From: Candidatus Woesearchaeota archaeon
GTDB taxonomy: Archaea; Nanobdellota; Nanobdellia; Pacearchaeales; GW2011-AR1
NCBI GenBank assembly: GCA_964652735.1
Contig: CAZZCD010000003.1
Span: forward strand, 1 to 36,648
Reading direction: 5' to 3'
DNA: 36,648 nt
Shown here: in pieces, positions 17,321-26,399 of the stretch
Layout: each line of letters opens with the position of its first letter
How positions within the stretch are numbered: position 1 is the stretch's first letter
Notes under the pieces: model-generated
The model's input: only the letters and a program-made list of their open reading frames with translations
The model's database searches: none
Told to the model about the DNA's origin: nothing
Program-made: the position numbers and the translations under genes

Positions 17321-17877
17321 CCAAACATCTCCATCGCGATGTTAATTCTTGATTTCACGTCGACAGTTTTAGCTTCTGGAACATCTGCATATTTTCCTTT
17401 ACCAGCATATTCTGCTAATTCAAACATTGTGACTCCAAGAAGATTTGCAGTTTTTTCCATAGAAATCCCATGCTCATAAATTCTTGAAGCCTTGTTAATA
17501 CTTGCAGATCTAAAAACATCTTGTATATAATCTTTAAGTTTTCCAGAAACCGTTCCTATAGAATTCCTTATGAGTTGAATATTTTTACGATAAGCTACAT
17601 CATCTTTTCTTTTGATTGCATCTATTATTTTATCTATAGAATCAATATAAATTTTGTAAAATTCATTCCAGCCAGAAAGCTGTTTGTAATCTTCTCTTTC
17701 AATAATTTTGCTTAAAGAATAAACAACTACTGCAGCAGCAATATTATCTGGGTCATGAGTTAAAGCAGCAGTATTTGTAGTTTGATTACTTAAACTCCGT
17801 ATCTTAGCAGCATCTCCTTTTAAAACAGCTTCTTTTGTTCCCTGAAAAATCCTTAGAATATTATCCCTCTCTTGCAT
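17317..17877 (-). CDS. helical protein with C-terminal HTH (UPF0175-like), coupled to the PIN gene
   Basis: YEHGISMEKTANLLGVTMFEL; 4-nt overlap with the PIN ORF. Confidence 0.65.
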   Translation of the reverse strand: MQERDNILRIFQGTKEAVLKGDAAKIRSLSNQTTNTAALTHDPDNIAAAVVVYSLSKIIEREDYKQLSGWNEFYKIYIDSIDKIIDAIKRKDDVAYRKNIQLIRNSIGTVSGKLKDYIQDVFRSASINKASRIYEHGISMEKTANLLGVTMFELAEYAGKGKYADVPEAKTVDVKSRINIAMEMFG

Positions 17878-17984
17878 GTTATATAAAATTAAAAGGGCTT
17901 TTTATATTTATTTGGAGAAATCATCTTCTTTAATACAAAAAATCCGCGAAATCATCACCTAAATCCAAATCCTGAAGGGCTTAA

Positions 17985-18317
17985 TTAACAAAAAGTTATA
18001 CCATATCTTACGCCATGTTCTATTGAGAAATTTTGTAGATAATTATCAATTAAATTTGAATATCGTGTATCTGACATAAACGTAGGTTCCACCCGATTAT
18101 GGTGAACTCTTATAGCTGCAACTAGCCATTCTCCGGATAAGAATCCTTTCTTTCTGTAAAAACTAATGATAGAATTATCATCTTTTGCTTTAAATCTGAA
18201 TTTTCCATCATGAAGAAATTCTTTATTTAATTTTTCAACTAAACGAGATGCTTCATCCTTTAATTTTTCTTTTAATTCTCTTTCTTTTTGTTCTAATGAT
18301 TCTAATTTATTTTCCAT
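17985..18317 (-). CDS. hypothetical protein with N-terminal coiled coil
   Basis: Start set at MENKLES (18317) with TTTATAAA about 25 nt upstream; the longer track ORF overlaps the divergent gene. Confidence 0.65.
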   Translation of the reverse strand: MENKLESLEQKERELKEKLKDEASRLVEKLNKEFLHDGKFRFKAKDDNSIISFYRKKGFLSGEWLVAAIRVHHNRVEPTFMSDTRYSNLIDNYLQNFSIEHGVRYGITFC

Positions 18318-18378
18318 ACAATTAATCATTAATGTCCTATTTATAAAGATTTTTATAAGCTCTTCTTCTATACAAATC

Positions 18379-18750
18379 ATGAAAAAGGCTGTTCTCGACA
18401 CAAGTTTTATCTTAACTTGTGTGAAACAAAAGATAGATTTTCTTGACGAAATTAAATTTATGGGCATGGATGTTTTAATTCCAGAAGAAGTCTTGAAGGA
18501 GATTAAAAAAATAATAAGCTCTGGAAAAAAACTTCATTTTAGGGAAGATGCTAAACTTGCCTTAAAAATACTTAACAAAAACAAATTCAAAAAAATTAAG
18601 CTTGGTACAGCAAATGTGGATAAAGGATTAGTGGATTTTGCAAAGAAAAACAAAGGTGTTATTGTTGCGACTTTAGACAAAGAATTAAAGGAAAAGATAA
18701 AAAAACCAAAACTTGTGATAAGGGGAAAAAACAAGCTTAAGGTTATATGA
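18379..18750 (+). CDS. Fcf1/Utp24-like PIN ribonuclease
   Basis: VLDTSFI, PEEVLKEI, VD, VATLDKEL; usual position upstream of rpoE. Confidence 0.85.
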   Translation: MKKAVLDTSFILTCVKQKIDFLDEIKFMGMDVLIPEEVLKEIKKIISSGKKLHFREDAKLALKILNKNKFKKIKLGTANVDKGLVDFAKKNKGVIVATLDKELKEKIKKPKLVIRGKNKLKVI

Positions 18751-18794
18751 TTTTTTATAATAATTTTTATATATATCTGTTTGCATAAAAATTT

Positions 18795-19178
18795 ATGGGT
18801 GATTTAGATAAATTACTAGAAAAAGTAACAATAGAATTTCCCACCCCGATAATGGCAGAAGAAATTGATGGAGATTTAATTAATTACTTAAGAAAAGAAA
18901 TTCCTTGTGAGATTTTATATGGGCTTATCCGTGGAGAAAAGGAGAGTATTTCTTTTAAAGGGAATATTACAAGATCTCTTAATTCATATATTACAATACC
19001 AAATTTAAGCTTTGCAATTAATGGTTATCATTTTGGTTCTGAACTTCCGATTTTTTTCTTTAACTCAATTAAGATCAAAATTCTAAAATATGATGGTATT
19101 GAGAGAAAAGGACAATTAAAACTTTTCAGTGAAGTAAAGCAAAAAATACAAGAATATTTCTCTCAGAGAACGGGATAA
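18795..19178 (+). CDS. hypothetical protein
   Basis: 127 aa with own TATA; sits between the PIN gene and rpoE. Confidence 0.7.
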   Translation: MGDLDKLLEKVTIEFPTPIMAEEIDGDLINYLRKEIPCEILYGLIRGEKESISFKGNITRSLNSYITIPNLSFAINGYHFGSELPIFFFNSIKIKILKYDGIERKGQLKLFSEVKQKIQEYFSQRTG

Positions 19179-19221
19179 TTTATAAGAAGCTTTTTAAATC
19201 AATTTTACTATTTTTTAACTA

Positions 19222-19836
19222 ATGTTTTATTTATCAGAAGTTGAGGATTATGTAAGGGTTGAGCCAAAATTATTTGGTTTGCCTACTATGGAAGCTGTTG
19301 ACCAGCAATTGAAAGAAATTTATACTGATTATTATGATAAAGAACTTGGAAATGTTATTGCTGTCATCAGTGTTTTAGAAGTTGGTGATGGTGTTATAAT
19401 TCCAGGAGATGGAGCAGCTTATTATAATACAAAATTTAAACTACTTGTTTGGAAACCTGAAATGCACGAGCTGGTTTATGGAATAATCTCTGAAATAACA
19501 AATTTTGGGGCATTCATCAACCTTGGTGTTATGAAGGGCATGATTCATATAAGTCAGACAATGGAAGATTATGTAAGCTTTAGCAAGACAAATACTTTGA
19601 CTGGAAAGTCAACAAAACGGTCGTTAAAGCAAGGAGACTTGTGCTTGGCAAGAATAGTAGCTATAAGCCATAAAGGAGACGAACCTAAGATGGGATTAAC
19701 AATGAGGCAACCAGGTCTTGGAAAAATTGAGTGGATTAAAGAAGACCAGCTTAAAAAAGAAAGAGAAGCAAAAAAAGTAATAAGAGAAGAAAAATCTGTG
19801 AAAAAAACTAAAGAAAAACCAGGAAAGAAAAAATAA
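19222..19836 (+). CDS. rpoE1: RNA polymerase subunit E' (Rpo7)
   Basis: VRVEP, IIPGDG, FGAFI..GMIHISQ S1 domain, MRQPGLGK. Confidence 0.95.
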   Translation: MFYLSEVEDYVRVEPKLFGLPTMEAVDQQLKEIYTDYYDKELGNVIAVISVLEVGDGVIIPGDGAAYYNTKFKLLVWKPEMHELVYGIISEITNFGAFINLGVMKGMIHISQTMEDYVSFSKTNTLTGKSTKRSLKQGDLCLARIVAISHKGDEPKMGLTMRQPGLGKIEWIKEDQLKKEREAKKVIREEKSVKKTKEKPGKKK

Positions 19837-19837
19837 A

Positions 19838-20026
19838 ATGGCAAAACAAAAAGCATGTAAAATTTGTAACATAATTTATGAAGGAGATAAATGTCCTAAA
19901 TGTGATTCTAAAGAATCAACTGAAAGTTTTAAAGGAAGAATTGTTGTTCTTGATTCAAAGAAATCAGAAATAGCAAAAAAACTTAATATAAAGGAAAAAG
20001 GAAATTTTGCAATTAAAACACGATAG
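19838..20026 (+). CDS. spt4: transcription elongation factor Spt4 (RpoE'')
   Basis: KACKIC..CPKC..SEIAKKL..G.FAIK. Confidence 0.93.
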   Translation: MAKQKACKICNIIYEGDKCPKCDSKESTESFKGRIVVLDSKKSEIAKKLNIKEKGNFAIKTR

Positions 20027-20040
20027 GAATATTTTTTACA

Positions 20041-20463
20041 ATGCAACTTAAAATAACTGAAGAAAAAGAAAACGCCTTATTTAATAGAAAGGAAGTCAAA
20101 GGATTTATTGAAGCAGAAATAGTTCCTAGCCGTGTTGAAACCTCAAAAATTCTAGCTGAAAAATTTAAAGTTCCTTGGGAAAATATAAAGATTAAAAAAA
20201 TTGTTGGAAAATTCGGTTCAAAAACATTTAGTGTTGAAGCAAATATCTATTCCTCAGAACAAGATAAAGACAGCATAGAATTAAAAAAGAAAAAAGAAAA
20301 AGCACCAGAAGAAATAACTGAAGAAAAAGCAACTGAAGAAACCCCTGCTAAGGAAGCACCTGAAGAAGCAACTCCAGCTCCAGAGGAAAAACCACAAGAA
20401 GATGTTAAAGAAGAGGAGCCAAAAGAAGATGAATTAAAAGTTGATGAAAAGACTGAACAATAA
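20041..20463 (+). CDS. rps24e: ribosomal protein S24e with acidic low-complexity tail
   Basis: N.LFNRKE, PSR, GKFG, ANIY; operon position; E/P/K/A-rich C-terminal extension. Confidence 0.85.
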   Translation: MQLKITEEKENALFNRKEVKGFIEAEIVPSRVETSKILAEKFKVPWENIKIKKIVGKFGSKTFSVEANIYSSEQDKDSIELKKKKEKAPEEITEEKATEETPAKEAPEEATPAPEEKPQEDVKEEEPKEDELKVDEKTEQ

Positions 20464-20466
20464 AAA

Positions 20467-20688
20467 ATGCCAAGGAAAATAATAAAAAAAGGAAAAAAAC
20501 CACATAAAAACAAGCCAACCAGCAAGAAATATACAAAATATAAGATTGAAGGTGATAAGATTACAAGAGAAAGGTCATGTCCAAGATGTGGACCAGGAAT
20601 TTTCGTAACAAATTCCCTTGGCAGGGTTTATTGCGGGAGATGCCACTATACTTCTTTTGATAAAAACGAAATTAAGAAGACTAAATGA
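20467..20688 (+). CDS. rps27ae: ribosomal protein S27ae
   Basis: CPRCGPG.F..R.YCGRC Zn ribbon. Confidence 0.93.
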   Translation: MPRKIIKKGKKPHKNKPTSKKYTKYKIEGDKITRERSCPRCGPGIFVTNSLGRVYCGRCHYTSFDKNEIKKTK

Positions 20689-20744
20689 TGTTGTGGTAAA
20701 TGTTATATAGTAAAGTTTATATACTTTGAAACTTTTAATCTATT

Positions 20745-21935
20745 ATGGAAGCCATAAGTATTTCGAAATTTCCTAAAAATAAGATATATATTTTATTAAA
20801 CCAAAAATATAGAGGGGCTTTACTTAAAGAATCAATGCAAAAATTAGGTTCTAAGAACTATTTTGAATTATCAAGATGGATTAATAAAAATTTTAAAACA
20901 AAATTTAATGGAGGAGATATAAAATACTGGATAGAAGGAAAAAAGTTAGATAAGAGAACTGGAAAAACACACCCAAAATTTATGCCCCTTTGGTTGATGT
21001 TAAAATTGGCAGAATTAAATAAAGAAAAAATAGTAGATTTACAAAAATATATTATAGCTTATAGGAGCGGAGGAAAGGGGTTAATAATTACAAACCCCAT
21101 AATCCCAATAAAAGTCACTCCTGAATTAGAGAGTATAGTGATTCATATGTTTGGAGATGGAGCAGCAGGAGATTTTACTCCTTCATATACCCAAAAAAAT
21201 AAAAGGTCTTTTAATAATTTTATAAAAAAACTTAAAAATTGTTTTGGAGAGTTTAACAAATCAATTTACTTCACACAAGGAAAACACCAAATAAAATTCC
21301 CAAAAGCTATTACAGATGTTATTTCTGAATATTATTCTATCAAATCATATAGATCTTATGATTTAAAAATACCTGGAAAGATCTTAAAAAGAAGTAAACA
21401 ATATAAATTAGCTTGTATAATCTCATTTATTGTTGATGAAGGATATGTAAGAGATGTTATTATTTTTTATAGTTCAAATCAGTTATTTTTATCCCAAATA
21501 AGACATTTGGTTTTAGATTGTGGATATTCTTGCTCTGAAATTACATTTAATAAAACATCTGGAAGCTATATATTCGCTCTTAAAAACAAAGATATTATAG
21601 GGTTTTATAATGATGTTGAAAGGCTTTCAAAAAAATTTCCTACTTGTAACCTTTCATTTAAGAGAGAAGATATAGAGTTTATCGTAAGAAGAACGACAAA
21701 GAAGAATCCAAGAAAGAATAGATGTATAGATTCAATCATATTAAATCTTTTAAGAAAGAGAGATTTGACTACTAAACAAATATCAAAAGACACAGGATAT
21801 GCACATTGTACTATACTACATCATTTAGAGAAGCTCTATATTCTACACAAAGTAAAAAGAAAAAGACTCAAAACTGGAGCTTATATTTGGAATTCTGAAT
21901 TCCAAAAAAAGAAGGAAGAAGAGATTTCAAAATAA
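20745..21935 (+). CDS. free-standing two-motif LAGLIDADG endonuclease-like protein with C-terminal HTH
   Basis: IVIHMFGDG and IISFIVDEG motifs; C-terminal LTTKQISKDTGYAHCTILHHLEKL; no intein termini. Confidence 0.8.
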   Translation: MEAISISKFPKNKIYILLNQKYRGALLKESMQKLGSKNYFELSRWINKNFKTKFNGGDIKYWIEGKKLDKRTGKTHPKFMPLWLMLKLAELNKEKIVDLQKYIIAYRSGGKGLIITNPIIPIKVTPELESIVIHMFGDGAAGDFTPSYTQKNKRSFNNFIKKLKNCFGEFNKSIYFTQGKHQIKFPKAITDVISEYYSIKSYRSYDLKIPGKILKRSKQYKLACIISFIVDEGYVRDVIIFYSSNQLFLSQIRHLVLDCGYSCSEITFNKTSGSYIFALKNKDIIGFYNDVERLSKKFPTCNLSFKREDIEFIVRRTTKKNPRKNRCIDSIILNLLRKRDLTTKQISKDTGYAHCTILHHLEKLYILHKVKRKRLKTGAYIWNSEFQKKKEEEISK

Positions 21936-21943
21936 TTCTTTAA

Positions 21944-22258
21944 TTACTTAACTATTAACTCCAACCCACTTTTAAATAATAAATAAGTTCCTTTAGCTAG
22001 CATAGTATTATAAATTCCTAAAATTCCTAAATTTCCAACCGCCTTCATTTTCTCTTTAAGACTTAATTCATCAAAATGAGCATCCTGATTTTTTTGCTTA
22101 ACAAAGGAATATTTTATTAGTCCCCAAATTGGAATAAAATTCTCTCTCTTTAATTTGAATTGATTATAAACACTTGTTTCTTCCATTTTAATCATAAACC
22201 CTAGGAGTAATTCTTGATTTACTATGAAACCCTTATTTAATATCCTATTTTTGATCAT
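21944..22258 (-). CDS. hypothetical protein (start may be 22186)
   Basis: ORF with FIPIWGL and a hydrophobic C-terminus; no family recognised. Confidence 0.55.
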   Translation of the reverse strand: MIKNRILNKGFIVNQELLLGFMIKMEETSVYNQFKLKRENFIPIWGLIKYSFVKQKNQDAHFDELSLKEKMKAVGNLGILGIYNTMLAKGTYLLFKSGLELIVK

Positions 22259-22622
22259 CTCTGACTTTTTTAATTACTTCTACATATTCTAAACCTTTTT
22301 TTAATGTTTCATAGAGACCAGAAAGATGATTATGACCCTCATCTAAACCATACTTAAATTCTTCAGAAGCATATTCCAAATTAGGGATTGTTACTAGAAT
22401 TTCAAATTGATTTAACAATCCTAGAACACTATTTTTCTTAGATCTATACCAAGAATCAAAAGCTATGTCATCCATTTCTAATATTTCTTCAATATCAGAA
22501 CGAATAGCATTTTCTGGAGGACGCCAAGGCTCTCTTCCTTCCTTAGGAGGCCTATTTCCTTTTGTAATCCCATCAATTGCAGGGTATTTCTCAGAAAATT
22601 CAGGATATTCTTTTATTTTCAT
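22245..22622 (-). CDS. hypothetical protein
   Basis: 125 aa, TATA about 25 nt upstream. Confidence 0.7.
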   Translation of the reverse strand: MKIKEYPEFSEKYPAIDGITKGNRPPKEGREPWRPPENAIRSDIEEILEMDDIAFDSWYRSKKNSVLGLLNQFEILVTIPNLEYASEEFKYGLDEGHNHLSGLYETLKKGLEYVEVIKKVRDDQK

Positions 22623-22730
22623 TCAATTTGATTCAACTTAATATTTATAAAGTTAATTATTTTCTATTGATATCTTTCTATTGGTAGATAAGAATTCCAC
22701 TTGTCCGGGGTTTTAAAGTATTTTCATAAA

Positions 22731-22785
22731 CCCTGGGATAGATGTTTTAGGCAACAAACAGCAACCTAAAACCTCTATCCTGGGG
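22731..22785. repeat. 21-bp inverted repeat with 13-nt loop
   Basis: CCCTGGGATAGATGTTTTAGG / CCTAAAACCTCTATCCTGGGG: 18 Watson-Crick pairs, 2 G-T pairs, 1 mismatch. Confidence 0.85.
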
Positions 22786-22909
22786 AAAAAGAGGTGATAA
22801 GAATTAAAAGGTCTTCTAGTATATAAATCTTTCGTTCTTGTTACTCTTGAAAAATGACAGCCGATAATTATACTAGAGTGGTAATTAAATTCTCTAAATT
22901 TACAAATCA

Positions 22910-22953
22910 TTAGGCACTACAAAGAAGATTTAAATATAGTTTTTAGGCACTAC
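22910..22953 (+). repeat. 11-bp direct repeat TTAGGCACTAC x2
   Basis: Copies at 22910-22920 and 22943-22953, 33 bp apart, upstream of the scpA TATA. Confidence 0.75.
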
Positions 22954-23007
22954 TTAAATCTATTTTATCTACATCAGATTTATAAAAACCACCTTCTTTT
23001 ATATTCA

Positions 23008-23892
23008 ATGGATAAAGAGGGAAATAATAATCCAAAACAAGAGCAGATTCACGACATTTTGTTCAATAGAGAGATTGGATGGCAGGAAATTATTTATGAT
23101 TTGATTAATACAGAGCAGTTAGATCCATGGGATATAGATATTATAATCCTTACAGGCAGATTTCTTGAACGAATTGATGAACTTGAAGAGGCAGATTTCT
23201 TTGTTTCAGGAAAGGTTCTTCTGGCTGCATCGCTTTTACTAAGAATTAAGTCTGAAGTTCTCTTAAATAAACACATAAAAGACATAGACGAGATTTTATT
23301 TGGGAAAGAAGAGGAAAAGAAAAATGTTTTTGAGAGAATTGAACTTGATGAGGCAATTCCAGAACTGATTCCTAAAAGTCCTATGCCAAGATTCAAAAAA
23401 GTAACTCTTCAAGAGCTTATGGATTCTCTTAATAAGGCAATTTCAACAGAACACAGAAGAATTAAAAAAGAAATAATAAATAAGAACGCTCTCAGAGAGT
23501 CCTCTTTCTCCTTACCAAAAAAAGGGTTTAGTATAAAAAATAAAATAAGGAAGATTTATGAAAATCTTATGAAACATTTTAAAGAGAACGAGAAAAAGAA
23601 AAAAGTTTCTTTTACAGATTTTATAGGGAATGATAAAGAAGAAAGAATAATCTCCTTCTCCCCTCTCCTCCATCTTGATCATCAGAAAAAAGTCTGGCTT
23701 GAGCAGGAAGAACACTTTGATGAATTTTATATCTGGCTTAAAGAGGTTTATTTTAAACACAATCCAGACCCGTTCGCAGATTTGAAAGAAGAAATTGGGG
23801 AAAAAATAGAAGAGCTGGATTCGGAAAAAAAGAAGCGGCTTGAAAAAATCAACAAAGATTTTGAAAATCCCTTAGGTAGTTTGTTTGACTGA
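23008..23892 (+). CDS. scpA: segregation and condensation protein A (kleisin)
   Basis: LDPWDIDI, SGKVLLAASLLLRIKS, KVTLQEL, F..LLHL...V.LEQEEHF. Confidence 0.9.
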   Translation: MDKEGNNNPKQEQIHDILFNREIGWQEIIYDLINTEQLDPWDIDIIILTGRFLERIDELEEADFFVSGKVLLAASLLLRIKSEVLLNKHIKDIDEILFGKEEEKKNVFERIELDEAIPELIPKSPMPRFKKVTLQELMDSLNKAISTEHRRIKKEIINKNALRESSFSLPKKGFSIKNKIRKIYENLMKHFKENEKKKKVSFTDFIGNDKEERIISFSPLLHLDHQKKVWLEQEEHFDEFYIWLKEVYFKHNPDPFADLKEEIGEKIEELDSEKKKRLEKINKDFENPLGSLFD

Positions 23893-23993
23893 TTATTATT
23901 GATGTTGGGAAAATCCTAATTAGGATATAATCTTTCTATCACTTATGAACTTGTACTAACAATTCTTAAAAACTCTTTCTCACTTTGTTCTTC

Positions 23994-24662
23994 ATGAAAT
24001 TAGGTGTTTTATTTTCAGGAGGGAAAGATTCTTGCATGTCTACCTGGTTTGCAAAGAAGAAAGGAAATGAATTAACATGTTTGATAACCCTTGAATCTGA
24101 AAATCCAGATAGTTATATGTTTCATACACCTTCTATTTCTAAAACAAAACTTCAAGCAAAAGTTATGAAATTGCCGTTGATTGTTAAAAAAACAAAAGGA
24201 GTTAAAGAAGAAGAACTTAAGGATCTTGAATCTGCAATTAAAGCTGCAATTGATAAATATGAAATTGAAGGTATTGTTACAGGTGCATTGCATTCAGAGT
24301 ACCAAAAATCAAGAATAGAAGATATATGTAATAAGCTTGGACTAAAATGTCTTAATCCTTTATGGCACAAGAACGAATTCAAATATTTAAATGAATTAAT
24401 CAAGAACAATTTTGAAGTTATTATCACAGGTATTGCAGCGCATCCTTTAGATGCGTCTTGGCTTGGACGAAGAATTGATAAGAAGTTTGTAAAAGATATG
24501 AAGCATCTTAATAAAAAATATCAAATTCATCCTGCAGGAGAAGGGGGAGAATTTGAAACCTTTGTGATAAACTGCCCCTTATTTGAAAGAGGATTAAAAG
24601 TAACAGGTGCAAACTTCACAGGGGAAAAACATTCCTGGAAGATGGAGATTGAGGTGGGATGA
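23994..24662 (+). CDS. dph6: diphthine--ammonia ligase
   Basis: LFSGGKDS, SYMFH, GALHSEYQ..R, PLW, GEGGEFET. Confidence 0.92.
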   Translation: MKLGVLFSGGKDSCMSTWFAKKKGNELTCLITLESENPDSYMFHTPSISKTKLQAKVMKLPLIVKKTKGVKEEELKDLESAIKAAIDKYEIEGIVTGALHSEYQKSRIEDICNKLGLKCLNPLWHKNEFKYLNELIKNNFEVIITGIAAHPLDASWLGRRIDKKFVKDMKHLNKKYQIHPAGEGGEFETFVINCPLFERGLKVTGANFTGEKHSWKMEIEVG

Positions 24663-25492
24663 TGAAATCGCTTGGAAAAATATCTTTAGTAACTTTATTA
24701 CTGTCTGTTTTAGTTTCTCCAATTAAAGACGCCGAAGAAAATTTTATTCAACAAATAGTTATTAATGATGAAGTCCAAAAAACATCAAAAATTAATCATG
24801 ATATTTCTTCACTTATAAATTATCTCGAAGAAAAAGGTTTTCAAATAAATGATTTACTACAAGACCCAAGATTTGAAATCTATAAGGGGATAAGAAATAA
24901 GTTTATATATTCTGCAGAAAAAAAATCCCAAACCCTTGAAGAATATAAAGAAGCATTAGGATATAAATATATAAAAAACAACATATCTGATTTTATTAAC
25001 AACAATATTAATCAATTAATAATAGCAGAGGAAGCTTACAGGATTTCTAAATATATTACTTCAGCTATAATTGGAATTGAGTCTGATTTTGGTAAAAAGA
25101 AAGGAGACTTTAATCCATTTAATGCTTATGTTTCAATGTATGCAGATAATTACAAAAAGGAATTTGCAAGCACACAACTTGAAGAGTTGTTAATTTTCTG
25201 TGAAAAGAATGAAATTGATGTTTTAAGTTTAAAATCAAGTTATGCAGGAGCTATTTCATATGCACAATTCCTTCCTTACTCATTAAATAGATGGTTTATA
25301 GGAAATGATTTATATGATATGGATAACAATATTCTTTCAGCTGCTAGTTATCTTTCATACTTTAAAAAAATAACAGGAAGCCTTGAAGAAGCTATTTCTG
25401 AATATAATCCAAGCGAGCTTTTTGTAAAAACTGTTTTAGATCTTGCAAAAGACGCAGAAAAATTATACCCCTGCCGAGAATTGAACTACTAA
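24659..25492 (+). CDS. secreted lytic murein transglycosylase, MltB/SLT_2 family
   Basis: N-terminal signal-like segment; AIIGIESDFG catalytic Glu; SSYAGAISYAQFLP, D..S.ASYL, YN.S..V..V. Confidence 0.85.
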   Translation: MMKSLGKISLVTLLLSVLVSPIKDAEENFIQQIVINDEVQKTSKINHDISSLINYLEEKGFQINDLLQDPRFEIYKGIRNKFIYSAEKKSQTLEEYKEALGYKYIKNNISDFINNNINQLIIAEEAYRISKYITSAIIGIESDFGKKKGDFNPFNAYVSMYADNYKKEFASTQLEELLIFCEKNEIDVLSLKSSYAGAISYAQFLPYSLNRWFIGNDLYDMDNNILSAASYLSYFKKITGSLEEAISEYNPSELFVKTVLDLAKDAEKLYPCRELNY

Positions 25493-25503
25493 GCCATCAC
25501 AAA

Positions 25504-25893
25504 TTAATCTTCTTCAAAAATAGAGACTAAACAATGACCACAGACATAACCCTCTCCTTTAACATGATGTAATTTTGTATTATATTTTGGTTTAACATTA
25601 GAATCTTTTATCAGGAAGATGCCTTCTGTTGTTGGAACTACTGGATTACGTGATTTATTAATTTGATAAGGATTTAACCAAGGAGAAATAACGCTACAAG
25701 GTATACAATTAAATGCAAAAGGAGTTGGAAATGTAACTGGATCATGAAAAGAAGATCGATTCGCCTCAAGACATTTTCTTTCCTCTTCTCCAGCTTCTTT
25801 AAGATATTCATTCCAATCTTTTTGTGTTATTGTTAAAAATTCTTTTAGTTTTTGGTTATCTGTTAAAATTTTTATTAGTTCTTGCTTCTTCAT
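25504..25893 (-). CDS. hypothetical protein, possible Zn finger
   Basis: CIPC and CGHC pairs. Confidence 0.65.
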   Translation of the reverse strand: MKKQELIKILTDNQKLKEFLTITQKDWNEYLKEAGEEERKCLEANRSSFHDPVTFPTPFAFNCIPCSVISPWLNPYQINKSRNPVVPTTEGIFLIKDSNVKPKYNTKLHHVKGEGYVCGHCLVSIFEED

Positions 25894-25933
25894 TAATTAA
25901 TGATTCAAAATATCTTTTTAAGAATTATTGTGA

Positions 25934-26350
25934 TTAAATATTGAATTTATTCATCTTTTCAATTATTTTATCTCTGTTATCTTCTTTGGATTTTATTCTT
26001 TTAAACTCTTTTTGAAATTCCTCAAAGTTATCTAAAACACTTTCTTTTATAACATCAATTTTTATATTTCCATATCTACAACCTATCCAGCCTTTATTTT
26101 GTAATTCCTGATAATAATGAGAACCAATATATAACAAGTATGTGTTTTCTTTTATCTCTCTACTTATTTTGCCTGAAGATTTTCTCTCTAATGTTTCTTT
26201 ATCTATACCAATATTCAAAGAATGTCTTTTTCTTATATCTTGAAAATCAAAAATCTTTCCTTTTAGAGAAATTTTATCTAATTGCCTTGCTTCAGCACCA
26301 CTTAAGAAAACTTTAATATCTCCATCATTATTAATTATTGAAGCTAACAT
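25934..26350 (-). CDS. hypothetical protein
   Basis: 138 aa with own TATA. Confidence 0.7.
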   Translation of the reverse strand: MLASIINNDGDIKVFLSGAEARQLDKISLKGKIFDFQDIRKRHSLNIGIDKETLERKSSGKISREIKENTYLLYIGSHYYQELQNKGWIGCRYGNIKIDVIKESVLDNFEEFQKEFKRIKSKEDNRDKIIEKMNKFNI

Positions 26351-26399
26351 AAAAAAAGGATTATGGGGTGATTTATATAAATTTATACGTTAAAATACC

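Noticed and set aside
17895-17980. GAAATCATC twice; possible box C/D RNA
   Set aside because: Box C-like and box D-like words fall on opposite strands
20745-21935. Intein or intron interpretation of the LAGLIDADG ORF
   Set aside because: No Cys/His-Asn splice termini or host frame; it has its own TATA, start and stop
22713-22910. 65-aa minus-strand ORF
   Set aside because: Runs through the inverted repeat, atypical composition; likely non-coding
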